A stretch of DNA of 64,000 nucleotides, taken from Abditibacterium sp. (lineage in GTDB: Bacteria > Armatimonadota > Abditibacteriia > Abditibacteriales > Abditibacteriaceae). Shown here in pieces: positions 11,601-20,226 of the stretch. The stretch covers positions 864,001-928,000 of the forward strand of contig CBDASK010000003.1 of NCBI GenBank assembly GCA_965199495.1. The letters run 5' to 3'. Numbering within the stretch: position 1 is the stretch's first letter; each line of letters starts with the position of its first letter. A program made the translations under genes and the position numbers. A model generated the notes under the pieces. It saw only the letters and a program-made list of their open reading frames with translations, did no database searches and was not told the origin of the DNA.

Positions 11601-12728
11601 TTCAACATCGCAGCTTTGGAAGCGGAGATGAATGCGAAAACACATCCGGGAACGCCTCCGCCACCCAGTCCGCCGGGCTGGCAATACGATGTAACGCCAC
11701 CTTCAGCCACAAATGGAACTCTGCCGTTCTATTATTTGGCGGGTGTTGGTTTAAGTAACGCCTCCGGCGTGGCTTATACCAATACCAACGACTGGCGCAA
11801 GAAATTGACGACCACAGCGACATTTGATATTCCTCTGGCGAATTCCTTTGAGTTCGATCTCAATGGATTGGAACAAGGGCACTTTGGATTCAATCCCGAC
11901 TTCTTGGCCCCGACGGACTTACTCACGGTGGATGAATCCTTCTATCAGGCGGATACCGATGTCAGCAAAAATAGCACTTTGGATAGCCGCGCCTTGACAG
12001 GAACTTTGCCTCTGCAAAACGTCGTTTTGCGCCAGTCGCCGCAATTGTTTCTCAATACTCTGCCCGCTCCGCAACCGACTTTACCCGATGAACGGATGCG
12101 CGCGATGAAACTGGAAAACATAGATTTGACTGGGGCAACGCCGGTTATCCGGCCTTTTACAGATGCGATGAACATAGACGCGTTCGTCTACGCCCAAGAG
12201 GGCAGTTGGCTGGTTATCCCTGGAGACTACTTCCGCTCCACATCTCCGGTGCGCTCCGAAGTCGATGCCAGTGGAGCGGCCATTGGAACGTACATTGACT
12301 TCACACCTAACAATCAGCCCGATGCGGGCGAGTTCATTCTTGATACGAGTGTCACACCCAATGTCAAAGTTGCCGACCTCAATCGTAACGGTATCGTTGA
12401 TCCGGGCGAAAAAGAAGCGGCGCTTCGTTTCGTGAGATATAACGACTTTCAAATCCAATTCACCGGCGCCATCGTCGAAAATCAAACGCCGGTCGTCGCC
12501 GACATAAAATTGGCCAGCGCTCCACCAAATACGCCTCCTCTTGTGACAGGCGCCGTTCAAGATTGGATGGATAAGTGGGTGGCTTACGATAGCACTTCCG
12601 CCGGAACGGCTGCAGATCCCAAATGGAAATTTATCAATTACGTTTACGATCCGTCGATCGCCAACAATAGCCTTGGAGCAAATCAACTTCGGGTGCCCAT
12701 CACCGACGATTTGATTTACCAACAGTAG
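8694..12728 (+). CDS. Giant PilX/GspK-like pilus-associated protein, paralogue 1
   Basis: GAGGAGG RBS; RRQG|QALLLAVLIMLL prepilin-like signal lacking Glu5; C-terminal DLNRNGIVDPGE motif. Confidence 0.75.
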   Translation: MKSRFLLPSNLPETHHAPDARPKASLARRFELRYNVSPRFARRRQQRRQGQALLLAVLIMLLAALLSAGFLAVVSGNLNQTARIADKTKAIEASRAGIVFANEQLSGSAQGDLWRPIDVSPAPNTTDASYDFYYSQLDKAQGWAAKRQPLPGDGFPNTDYNVPTYGEAAAIYHSDTYAKFPAPDQPSSDAPKFLVRVQEIPILLPNDPNYNAEEAKHAGELKITSIGLSDDDPNVFHTSIAYKNGRRKSPWASALRSISNWNFGANNTAVGVPYATVLEPVTVNMPTNNVAVQVNTTNTPLFSKDDLPTNVVLVNKAASPPTVRGAVITDIGPPATTPPTGSTAATFKFAQLDAPIDKNEVVQKAAAIGTGLNIDLLNTGTPTAVAANFPNYDQPNGILANGSLWLQNQVQLSNLSKFGTKLFVSGSLAIDDSASTVNKVVLPGGDVGTSPGGNTIVPSNVNYPGNNIVLTAAATSDGVKTTDFVNDGWNKIGAQTLGLDYSTTRDVEPFTPAKIDSATNLERYRSLTRNPSDGVYIDNRDDIEKVSDNASAMPPTFKAMTQAQLVEMLTSPPPIPPATVPTDYTRTGTATTMAGASLEQRHLRGWVGPDEFMARGALVELIQAPNANPYLRLTYDSRSDASFNGSDATKTFRDASGNLLPGVYTENLPWPKNGILFAEGNLRIRGQVNLSNLTMGTDPNEFPSLTVVSLGNIYIEGPLSVDRTDTMGNVIPVANRKKLMLLAKKNVIVNPTRAIMSRLDTQTLTSGTATVTPGTLPALNTIQIPVNNVTGFEQGDYIVAAGTPNQIRGVVTAVTPITNSPAGTIDVQTQDTGAIGVNALVLSPLETRASVGTAPNSTFFSQVTAVNAVNRRIPLAPAASPKYRLAMDHSGQRVTALQVKIKDLPSDADTFNIFLSNKRNLDTNGLFQANLATIDTANKKVRVDYDGPSPAGVDEFPQTYPTTQSAADGFNIAALEAEMNAKTHPGTPPPPSPPGWQYDVTPPSATNGTLPFYYLAGVGLSNASGVAYTNTNDWRKKLTTTATFDIPLANSFEFDLNGLEQGHFGFNPDFLAPTDLLTVDESFYQADTDVSKNSTLDSRALTGTLPLQNVVLRQSPQLFLNTLPAPQPTLPDERMRAMKLENIDLTGATPVIRPFTDAMNIDAFVYAQEGSWLVIPGDYFRSTSPVRSEVDASGAAIGTYIDFTPNNQPDAGEFILDTSVTPNVKVADLNRNGIVDPGEKEAALRFVRYNDFQIQFTGAIVENQTPVVADIKLASAPPNTPPLVTGAVQDWMDKWVAYDSTSAGTAADPKWKFINYVYDPSIANNSLGANQLRVPITDDLIYQQ

Positions 12729-12740
12729 ATTAATTCCACG

Positions 12741-12775
12741 CAAAAAAGACCGCAGCAGTGCTGCGGTCTTTTTTG
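12741..12775. terminator. Bidirectional terminator between the two PilX-like genes
   Basis: CAAAAAAGACCGCAGCA-G-TGCTGCGGTCTTTTTTG. Confidence 0.85.
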
Positions 12776-12861
12776 CATTCTGTATCTGAGCCATAATGCG
12801 TAAAACACTATAAATTTTTCCGTTGACACCTGAAAAATCCCGCGACCCGCCTATTGACAAC

Positions 12862-12890
12862 TTGCAAACAGCATTAAATATTCATAAAAT
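12862..12890 (+). promoter_or_regulatory. Putative sigma70 promoter of PilX-like paralogue 2
   Basis: TTGCAA-N17-TAAAAT in an AT-rich intergenic region; TTGACA also nearby. Confidence 0.4.
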
Positions 12891-12976
12891 TAAGCGCGCA
12901 AAAAGAAGGTACGTTGACCCACAATCTGGCGCTCTGAAGGAGCCAATAGTTCCCAGACGCGATAAGGATTTCACCC

Positions 12977-15900
12977 ATGAAAAGCCATATTCGTCCGAAC
13001 TCGCTCCGACTTGAAACCAACTATTCGCCTGTAATTCGTTCGGCCTATCCCGCCGTGGCTGTTAAATCGCGTCGCCAAGGTCAGGCGCTGTTGTTGGCGG
13101 TTCTGATCATGCTTTTGGCGGCGCTGTTGAGCGCGGGCTTTTTGGCGGTGGTGTCGGGCAACTTGAACCAGACGGCGCGCATCGCCGACAAAACCAAAGC
13201 CATCGAAGCCTCGCGCGCTGGGATTGTTTTCGCCAACGAGCAACTGTCGGGCAGCACGCAGGGCGATTTGTGGCGCCCGGTTGATGTCAGCCCCGCGCCG
13301 CCGCCGGGTGCGACGGGCTACGATTTTTATTACTCACAACTCGACAAAGCCCAGGGCTGGGCCAACCAATTGCCAGTCACAGCGCCCGGTTATCGCGATA
13401 CGGCCTTCGCCAAGTTTCCCGCGCCCGACCAGCCCAGCAGTGATGCGCCCAAGTTTTTAGTGCGCGTGCAGGAATTGACGACTGATCCGACGGCGCCCGA
13501 TTACGATGCCAATCACGCGGGCGAACTGAAAATCACTTCCATCGGTTTGTCCGACGATGATCCCAACGTTTTTCATACTTCAATTGCCTATAAAAATGGA
13601 CGACGCAAATCGCCGTGGGCCAGCGCACTGCGCTCGATTTCTAATTGGAAATTCGGCAACGACGCCAAAAATACCGGCGTGCCCTATGCGACCAAACCGC
13701 AACTTATAAGTGCGACGAGCTTTCCTGCGAATAACGTTGAGTTCGCTGTTGATGCCACCGACAAACCGTTGTTTTCGGATGACGATGTGCCATTCAACGT
13801 TGTTATCGTGAAAAAAGATGTGGCTCCCAGTGTGCGCGGCGCAGTCGTGACCAAAGTCAGCGCCGATGGAAAACAACTGACTTTTGCCCGACTCGAAACA
13901 ACAATTGGCGCGGACGAAACGATTGAAAAAGCGGCGGCGCTGGGCATCGGAGGCACAATTGATTTGCTCAACACCGGCACGCCGACGCCTTATGCGACCG
14001 ATCTGCCGCAACCCAACGGAATACTGGCCAATGGCAGTATTTGGTTGCAGGGGCAAATTCAACTCTCGAACCTGAGCAAAAACGGCACGAAACTGATGAC
14101 TTCGGGTTCGCTGGCGATTGATGCGACCGATACCGAAAAGAAGCCGGTGATGGAAAGTGGCGATGTCGGGCCGACAAATACGAACGATCCCACAAGCAAC
14201 AAAATCGTGGCTTCGAGCCAGACCAACTTTCCCGGCAATCTGGTTTTGACAAGCGCCGCCGCCTCGGACGGCGTAAAGCCGACCGATTTGATCAACGATG
14301 GCTGGGACAAAATTGACGCGCCAACGCTCGGTTTGGATTATTCGAGTGGGCGCGATGTGCAACCGTTTGCGCCAGTCAAACTCGATAGCCCGGAAAATTT
14401 AGGGCGTTATCGCGCCCTCGCGCGCAACTCGGCGGGCGGCGTTACCATTGATAATCGCGACGACATCGAGCGCGTCGGCACGAATCCGATGACGCAAAAG
14501 CAACTCGTCGAAATGTTGACTTCGCCCGCCACAGCAGCCACGCCGCCCGACACCGCGCGTTTGGGCGTGGCTGCTTTGCCAAGTGCGACGAACGTTTCGC
14601 TCGAACAGCGCCATTTGCGCGGTTGGGTCGGGACGGACGAGTTTTTGGCGCGCGGCGCTTTGGTTGAACTGATTCAGGCGACGGGCGATATTCCGCGATT
14701 GCGCGTCACGCTCGACGCGCGCAGCGACGCCAATCCCGACGGGCCAGACGCCAATAAAACGTTTCGCGGCGACAACGGCCAATTGCAAGCGGGCGTTTAC
14801 TCGCGCGTTTTCGAGTGGCCCAAAAGCGGGACTTTGCTGGCCGAAGGCAATCTGCGCATTCGCGGCAACGTCAATCTGTCGAATTTGCCGGCGGGCGCCA
14901 ACTCGGCGGATTTTCCCTCGCTGACGGTCGTTTCGATGAATAATATTTACATCGAAGGCGCGCTTTCCCTCGACAGCACAGACGCGGCGGGCAACCCAAT
15001 TCCCGTTTTGAATCGCAAAAAATTGATGTTATTGGCGCGCAAAAACGTCATCGTCAATCCGACGCGCGCCGTCATCGGGCGCACCGATGCGCAGACCATC
15101 GCGACTAACACGGCGGCGCTGACTTTTACCGGAACATCAACCGCCAAAACGCTGAGCGTCGCCAATAATTTGCTTTTCAACGCGGGCGATTACGTCACGA
15201 TTGGCATCGGCCAAAATAAAAGCGGGCGCGGTTTAATCACCGAAGTTGACCCCTTGAGCAACAATATCAAAATCAGTTCGCGGGACGTATTCACAGTTGC
15301 AGCCACGGCGCCGGGCGCGGTTTACAACGTGAGATCGTTGCTCGAAGCGCGCGCCTTCAATGCTCCGGCGAATCCCGCCGATAAAGTTTTCTTTTCCCTC
15401 GTGAAAGTTGAGAACGCGCCCGGTAGCGTCGAAAACGTGGTGAACCGACGCATTTTGGTGCCGTTCGCCGATAATACGACGCCAGCCTATAACAAAATCG
15501 TGCTCGATCATGTCGCTGATTTGAAGAAAAACGCGGGCGGTGAAGTCATCGGTTTGAACATCAAAGCGGAAGATTTCTCGGCAGCGTTTCCAAAGCCCGC
15601 CGATTTCACGGCGGTTTTGACCAACAAGCAATATCTGCTGGGCGCGACGCAAAATATAGATCCAAGTCGCGACGGCATCTCGTTGGCCAACAAGCTGTTG
15701 CGCACTTACAATAACTTCACGCCCAATAACACGAAAGTTCTGCCCGCCGCCCCGACTTCGGCGCTGACAATTCAGCAGTTACGCGCCGAAACCTCGATGG
15801 TCGCGCAGCAAAGCACAATGCCCGACAAAGGCTACAAATATACAGCCACGCCGGTTGATTTCCCCGAAGCGGGCGCCGATCCGACGAAAAGCCTCGACAA

Positions 15901-16963
15901 ATTACCCTACTACGCCTTGGCTGGCGTTGGAGTTCGCTACGAAACCGGCGAAACTTTCGTGGCCCCCAACACCTCGCCCGCTAACAACCGGCGCCAGGAT
16001 TTCAACACGGCGCAGGGCATCACTATTCCCATTGCGACTTCGATTGAGATTGATTTGAATGGCGCGAGTTCGTGGGCCATCCCCGATTCACAGTCGCTCA
16101 AGACGAACTATTTCGGCTTTAATCGCCTTCTGAGCGGCGCCGACGATGCGACGACGGTAGACCGCTCTTTTTATCAGCCCGCCGATTTAACAATCAGAAG
16201 CACGCTCGATGCGCGCGTGCTCGATTTCCTCGGTCATCCTCCGGTCAACGACATCAGCAGTTTCGTTTTGCAGCGCGCGGCGCCGACCAACGCGACGGCG
16301 GCGCCCGCGTTCGCCTTGTTACCGGATTATCGTTTGCGCGCGCTCAAGTGTGAATATACCAACCTCAACAGCAAGGCGATAAAACCTGTCGCCAACGCCC
16401 TCGAAATCAACGCGTTTGTCTATGCGCAAGAGGGCAGTTGGCTGGTCATTCCCGGCGATTATTTCCGTTCCAATCCCGCAGTGCGCGGCATCGGAGGCGC
16501 GGGTGGACTGACGGGCAGTTACATTGATTACAACGGCAACAAAGTGGCGGACGCCAACGAATTTATCTACGATGGCGTCGGTAGCGGATTGGGAAACCGG
16601 GTCGCCGATTTGAATCGCAACGGCATCGCGGACAAAGGCGAAAAAGAAGCCGCGCTCCGTTTCGTGCGCAGTAACATGGCGCCAATTCGGTTTTTGGGCG
16701 CCATCGTCGAAAACCAAACGGCTGTTGTCGCCGACGTGGCTGCTATTACCACTGGCAACGCGCCGATTGTCAAAGGCGCGGTGCAGGATTGGACGGACAA
16801 GTGGGCGACCTACGACGATAGCGCCGCCAGCAACGCGGATGTCGGCAAGCCTCAACTTTTTGGCTTCATCTCTTACGTTTACGATCCGTCGCTCGCCAAG
16901 GGAACTGCGGGCGCAAACCAATTGCGCGTGCCCATCACCGACGATTTGATTTATCAAGAATAG
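12977..16963 (+). CDS. Giant PilX/GspK-like pilus-associated protein, paralogue 2
   Basis: Same RRQG|QALLLAVLIMLL signal; collinear with 8694-12728; ends ANQLRVPITDDLIYQE versus ...YQQ. Confidence 0.75.
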   Translation: MKSHIRPNSLRLETNYSPVIRSAYPAVAVKSRRQGQALLLAVLIMLLAALLSAGFLAVVSGNLNQTARIADKTKAIEASRAGIVFANEQLSGSTQGDLWRPVDVSPAPPPGATGYDFYYSQLDKAQGWANQLPVTAPGYRDTAFAKFPAPDQPSSDAPKFLVRVQELTTDPTAPDYDANHAGELKITSIGLSDDDPNVFHTSIAYKNGRRKSPWASALRSISNWKFGNDAKNTGVPYATKPQLISATSFPANNVEFAVDATDKPLFSDDDVPFNVVIVKKDVAPSVRGAVVTKVSADGKQLTFARLETTIGADETIEKAAALGIGGTIDLLNTGTPTPYATDLPQPNGILANGSIWLQGQIQLSNLSKNGTKLMTSGSLAIDATDTEKKPVMESGDVGPTNTNDPTSNKIVASSQTNFPGNLVLTSAAASDGVKPTDLINDGWDKIDAPTLGLDYSSGRDVQPFAPVKLDSPENLGRYRALARNSAGGVTIDNRDDIERVGTNPMTQKQLVEMLTSPATAATPPDTARLGVAALPSATNVSLEQRHLRGWVGTDEFLARGALVELIQATGDIPRLRVTLDARSDANPDGPDANKTFRGDNGQLQAGVYSRVFEWPKSGTLLAEGNLRIRGNVNLSNLPAGANSADFPSLTVVSMNNIYIEGALSLDSTDAAGNPIPVLNRKKLMLLARKNVIVNPTRAVIGRTDAQTIATNTAALTFTGTSTAKTLSVANNLLFNAGDYVTIGIGQNKSGRGLITEVDPLSNNIKISSRDVFTVAATAPGAVYNVRSLLEARAFNAPANPADKVFFSLVKVENAPGSVENVVNRRILVPFADNTTPAYNKIVLDHVADLKKNAGGEVIGLNIKAEDFSAAFPKPADFTAVLTNKQYLLGATQNIDPSRDGISLANKLLRTYNNFTPNNTKVLPAAPTSALTIQQLRAETSMVAQQSTMPDKGYKYTATPVDFPEAGADPTKSLDKLPYYALAGVGVRYETGETFVAPNTSPANNRRQDFNTAQGITIPIATSIEIDLNGASSWAIPDSQSLKTNYFGFNRLLSGADDATTVDRSFYQPADLTIRSTLDARVLDFLGHPPVNDISSFVLQRAAPTNATAAPAFALLPDYRLRALKCEYTNLNSKAIKPVANALEINAFVYAQEGSWLVIPGDYFRSNPAVRGIGGAGGLTGSYIDYNGNKVADANEFIYDGVGSGLGNRVADLNRNGIADKGEKEAALRFVRSNMAPIRFLGAIVENQTAVVADVAAITTGNAPIVKGAVQDWTDKWATYDDSAASNADVGKPQLFGFISYVYDPSLAKGTAGANQLRVPITDDLIYQE

Positions 16964-17022
16964 AATTTAAATCTTCGGACAAAATTAGGTTACGCCATTT
17001 CCGCGAAGGCTCATTGACGTTT

Positions 17023-17100
17023 TGCGGGGCTGACGCCCTCTTCCAATCTTGCGGTCTTTCGAGCAACTCATAGCGATTGGAAGAGGGCGTCAGCCCCGCA
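17023..17100. repeat. Inverted repeat with 26-bp perfect arms (REP-like)
   Basis: TGCGGGGCTGACGCCCTCTTCCAATC ... GATTGGAAGAGGGCGTCAGCCCCGCA. Confidence 0.8.
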
Positions 17101-17203
17101 GGAGCTGTAGCGTAGCCTTCGCTTATGAAAATTTATCGCGCGTTTCCACAAGCCGAATTGGCCATGACAAGACTGTTGTGGCCAATTCGTTGTTTTAACC
17201 GAG

Positions 17204-17341
17204 ATTATCGCAAATCCCTCGCATTCTCGCCATCGTTTTCGTCGTGGCGGGCAAGTTCTCTTCGTCTTCGTTGTGTTGATGATCGTGATTGCCGTATTGG
17301 GTTCGACTTTCGCCGCCCTGCTGGTTAGCGCGCAGATTAAC
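17204..17341 (+). pseudogene. Remnant N-terminus of a third PilX-like gene
   Basis: The frame from 17207 reads IANPSHSRHRFRRG-GQVLFVFVVLMIVIAVLGSTFAALLVSAQIN, matching GQALLLAVLIMLLAALLSAGFLAVVSGNLN; there is no ATG upstream of the signal and it collides with the 3' end of aat. Confidence 0.55.
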
Positions 17342-18017
17342 CGGCCCGCGTGGGCGCCGGGGGAAATTCATCGAACAAACGCGTTGGCTGCTTGAGCGTG
17401 GCTTTTAGCATCGGCATCCACTCGTCGCGCCCAATTTCGCGCGCGCCCATTTGTTCAAAATGCGGTGTCATCACTTCGCAATCGAGCCAGCTCACTTCGC
17501 GCGCGCGCAGATATTCGACGAGCGCGATAACTGCCGCTTTGGAGGCGCCGTCGCGAATATGGAACATGGATTCGCCCGCGAAATAGCCGCCCCAACTGAC
17601 GCCGTATAAACCGCCGACCAATTCGCCGTTTTGCCACGCCTCGACGCTGTGCGCGTGGCCCTGTCGGTGCAGCGATTTGTAAGCGCGTTTTATCGCGTTA
17701 TTAATCCACGAACTGCGCTCCCAAACCCCTTCCGACCAGCGCGGTTGCGCGCACGCTTCGATGACATCATCGAACGCCGAATTGAAGCGAATTTCGTAAT
17801 TCGCGCGGCGCAAATAGCGACTCAAACGCTTGTTGACATAAAGTTCGTCGCACCATAACAGCGCGCGTTGGGGTGGCGCGAACCACAACGTCGGCATTCC
17901 GCGATGTGGCCACGGGAAGATGCCGCTGTGGTAAGCGGCGGTGAGGGTCGCGGGCGAAATTTCGCCGCCCCAGCAGACGACACCGAACTCGTCGGCACTT
18001 TCAACGGGCGGAAACAT
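17337..18017 (-). CDS. aat: Leucyl/phenylalanyl-tRNA--protein transferase
   Basis: FPPVESADEFG, AYHSGIFPW, AHSVEAW..LVGGLYG and FAGESMF..ASK motifs. Confidence 0.93.
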   Translation of the reverse strand: MFPPVESADEFGVVCWGGEISPATLTAAYHSGIFPWPHRGMPTLWFAPPQRALLWCDELYVNKRLSRYLRRANYEIRFNSAFDDVIEACAQPRWSEGVWERSSWINNAIKRAYKSLHRQGHAHSVEAWQNGELVGGLYGVSWGGYFAGESMFHIRDGASKAAVIALVEYLRAREVSWLDCEVMTPHFEQMGAREIGRDEWMPMLKATLKQPTRLFDEFPPAPTRAG

Positions 18018-19011
18018 GATCGGCGGAGTTGGTCTTAACCGCGATGGAATCCAATTCGCGCGGCATCTCATCCGCTTGACTCAAATTCTGATTTTGAGCG
18101 CGCTTTGATAATATGAAATAAGCAATTGCTAACACGATCCACGCTAAAACCGAGGCCAACTGCGCGCGCGTAATCCATTCCATGCCCGGCACCAAGGGCG
18201 CCGTGGCTCCACGCCGGAAGAACTCGACAAAGGCGCGCTCGAAGCCATAAAGTGCCAGCAAAACAATCGTCAGTTGGCCGGGAAACCGCGTCAACTTCGG
18301 CGATTTGCGCGCCCACATCATCACGCCAAACAACACCAAACTTAAAGCGGTCGAATACAATTGCGCTGGATGCGAGGGCACAGTAAAAGCGTTGGGATCG
18401 TTGCTGCCTTCGACGTGAAAACGCACCGCCCACGGCACGTTCGTCGGAAATCCGTAGCAGCAACCATTGAAGAAACAGCCGATGCGCCCGATGGCGTAGC
18501 CCGCGAAAATGCCGGGCGCGATGATGTCGCACAGCGTGCCATATTTCACGCCGCGCTTCCACGCGAAATAACCGATAGTGCCCAACGCGCCGACGATAGC
18601 GCCGTGAAATGATAAACCGCCATTCCAAATTTGTAAAAACTCGCCGAATCCGCGCCACTGCGACGGGTAAACCAGAAAATAAAGCACGCGACACAACACG
18701 ATCGAAACCAGCAACAGGGGCATGGACAAATCGAGAATGATGTTGGCATCGTAGCCACGGCGCCGCGCTTCGAGACAGGCCAGCCAAACCGACAGGAAAA
18801 ATCCGATGACGAGAAAGAAACCGTAAGAATGCAGCGTAATCGGCTGGCGACTCCACAGCCAGCAGATGAAAGCGATACCGCCCGCGAAGATGAGCGGCGC
18901 CGGATTTTTCAGGCGAGCCGAAATCACCAGTCCCAGCAAAACCGCGACGAGAATAGCGGGCAGCAAAAATTGTGCGGGGAAAGCGGGAATAACAGCGAGA
19001 ATAGGACGCAT
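18001..19011 (-). CDS. lgt: Prolipoprotein diacylglyceryl transferase
   Basis: HSYG, IWNGGLSFHG, GRIGCFFNGCCYG, HPAQLY and EFFR motifs. Confidence 0.93.
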   Translation of the reverse strand: MRPILAVIPAFPAQFLLPAILVAVLLGLVISARLKNPAPLIFAGGIAFICWLWSRQPITLHSYGFFLVIGFFLSVWLACLEARRRGYDANIILDLSMPLLLVSIVLCRVLYFLVYPSQWRGFGEFLQIWNGGLSFHGAIVGALGTIGYFAWKRGVKYGTLCDIIAPGIFAGYAIGRIGCFFNGCCYGFPTNVPWAVRFHVEGSNDPNAFTVPSHPAQLYSTALSLVLFGVMMWARKSPKLTRFPGQLTIVLLALYGFERAFVEFFRRGATAPLVPGMEWITRAQLASVLAWIVLAIAYFILSKRAQNQNLSQADEMPRELDSIAVKTNSADHVSAR

Positions 19012-19052
19012 TGAGGTGAACCTTAGTTTAGCGCGACGAAATTTCATTCGCC

Positions 19053-19149
19053 CGTAGAGACAGCGATTTACCGCGTCTAAAATGGGGATGAACCCATTGA
19101 CTTCGCGGCAATCTTAACTTTCAAGACGCAATAAATCGCTGTCTCTACG
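19053..19149. repeat. REP-like doublet (GTAGAGAC...GCGTCT family) overlapping the lspA stop
   Basis: CGTAGAGACAGCGATTTACCGCGTCT ... AGACGCAATAAATCGCTGTCTCTACG; same family at 39569 and 63778. Confidence 0.8.
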
Positions 19150-19669
19150 ATTTGCTTTTTTCGTCGCTAAAAAACAGCAGCGTGACTAACATCAGAATGA
19201 CGCCCGCCGTCAACGCCGAATCGGCGACGTTGAAAATCGGAAAAGTTTGTAGCCAACGAAGGGGCGTATCGAGATCGAAGAAGTCGGTCACATAGCCAAA
19301 CATCACGCGGTCAATCAGGTTCCCCAGCGCTCCGCCAAGAATCCACCCGAAACCAATCGCCGCCAGTTTTCCGCGCCGCGAAACTTCGCGCGCCGAACTC
19401 ACAACGAGCGCCGTGACTACGATGGTGAACAGAATCAGCAACCATTTTTGCCCGGCCAAAACGCCCCACGCCGCGCCGTGATTTTGGATATGTTCAAAGT
19501 GAATCCAACCGGGAATTAAAGGCCAGCGCGAGCCAACGCCCAATCCAGCGCGCACGATAATTTTGCTAATTTGATCCAATGCCAGAGCCAGAATCGCCGC
19601 ACTGACGAACCAACCCATGCGCGCCGGTGGCAATGTTTTTTCAACTTCAGTGACGGGAGACGGATTCAT
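19145..19669 (-). CDS. lspA: Lipoprotein signal peptidase II
   Basis: DQISK, NHGAAWG, GGALGNLIDR, VTDF and FNVADS motifs. Confidence 0.95.
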   Translation of the reverse strand: MNPSPVTEVEKTLPPARMGWFVSAAILALALDQISKIIVRAGLGVGSRWPLIPGWIHFEHIQNHGAAWGVLAGQKWLLILFTIVVTALVVSSAREVSRRGKLAAIGFGWILGGALGNLIDRVMFGYVTDFFDLDTPLRWLQTFPIFNVADSALTAGVILMLVTLLFFSDEKSKS

Positions 19670-20052
19670 AGTTTCGATTCGTTCAGCAGACGCGCGGCGC
19701 GCGGCGAAAGCGCGACATTTTTGCGCGCTAAAAATTCTAAAGTTTGCATCAGCCAATTGCGCTGAATGATATTCGCGGTGAAAGTCCACGGCGTATCGTC
19801 CCAAGTTAGGATGAGATTATTGGTTTTAATTTTCCCGCAGTAAGCATCAGCCACGGCGACGTGGCTGTATGATTTGCGATGCGTTTTGATGACTTTCAAT
19901 TCGAGTTCGTCCTCGAACAAGCGGAGTTTCGGATTGGCGCTGTTGGTCGAAATCGCCCACCAGAACGGCATCCGCGCGTGACCGGTGAAAGTCGCGTAGA
20001 TTGGGACGGCGACGCCTTTGGTGGGGATTGGTGAGGTGAGATTGAATGGCAT
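19666..20052 (-). CDS. Hypothetical protein between ileS and lspA
   Basis: 128-aa ORF with an ATGA overlap onto lspA. Confidence 0.65.
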   Translation of the reverse strand: MPFNLTSPIPTKGVAVPIYATFTGHARMPFWWAISTNSANPKLRLFEDELELKVIKTHRKSYSHVAVADAYCGKIKTNNLILTWDDTPWTFTANIIQRNWLMQTLEFLARKNVALSPRAARLLNESKL

Positions 20053-20060
20053 TTTGTGTT

Positions 20061-20226
20061 CCGTAGGTTATTGCGTTTTGATTTTCTAATGCGCAAATGT
20101 AGGGGCGGGGTCACCCCGCCCAAATGTTAGGCGTCTTCGTTGTTTGTTGTCGCCATTTCGTCTTGGGGCGGGGTGACCCCGCCCCTACATTTGCGCATTA
20201 GAAAATCAAAACGCAATAACCTACGG
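20061..20226. repeat. Long perfect inverted repeat (61-bp arms, 44-nt spacer) with a GTAGGGGCGGGGTCACCCCGCCC REP-like core
   Basis: 20061-20121 is the exact reverse complement of 20166-20226; the right arm contains the ileS stop codon. Confidence 0.9.

Noticed and set aside
8694..16963. Diversity-generating retroelement TR/VR pair
   Set aside because: No reverse transcriptase in the window, differences are not adenine-specific, and both copies are full genes.
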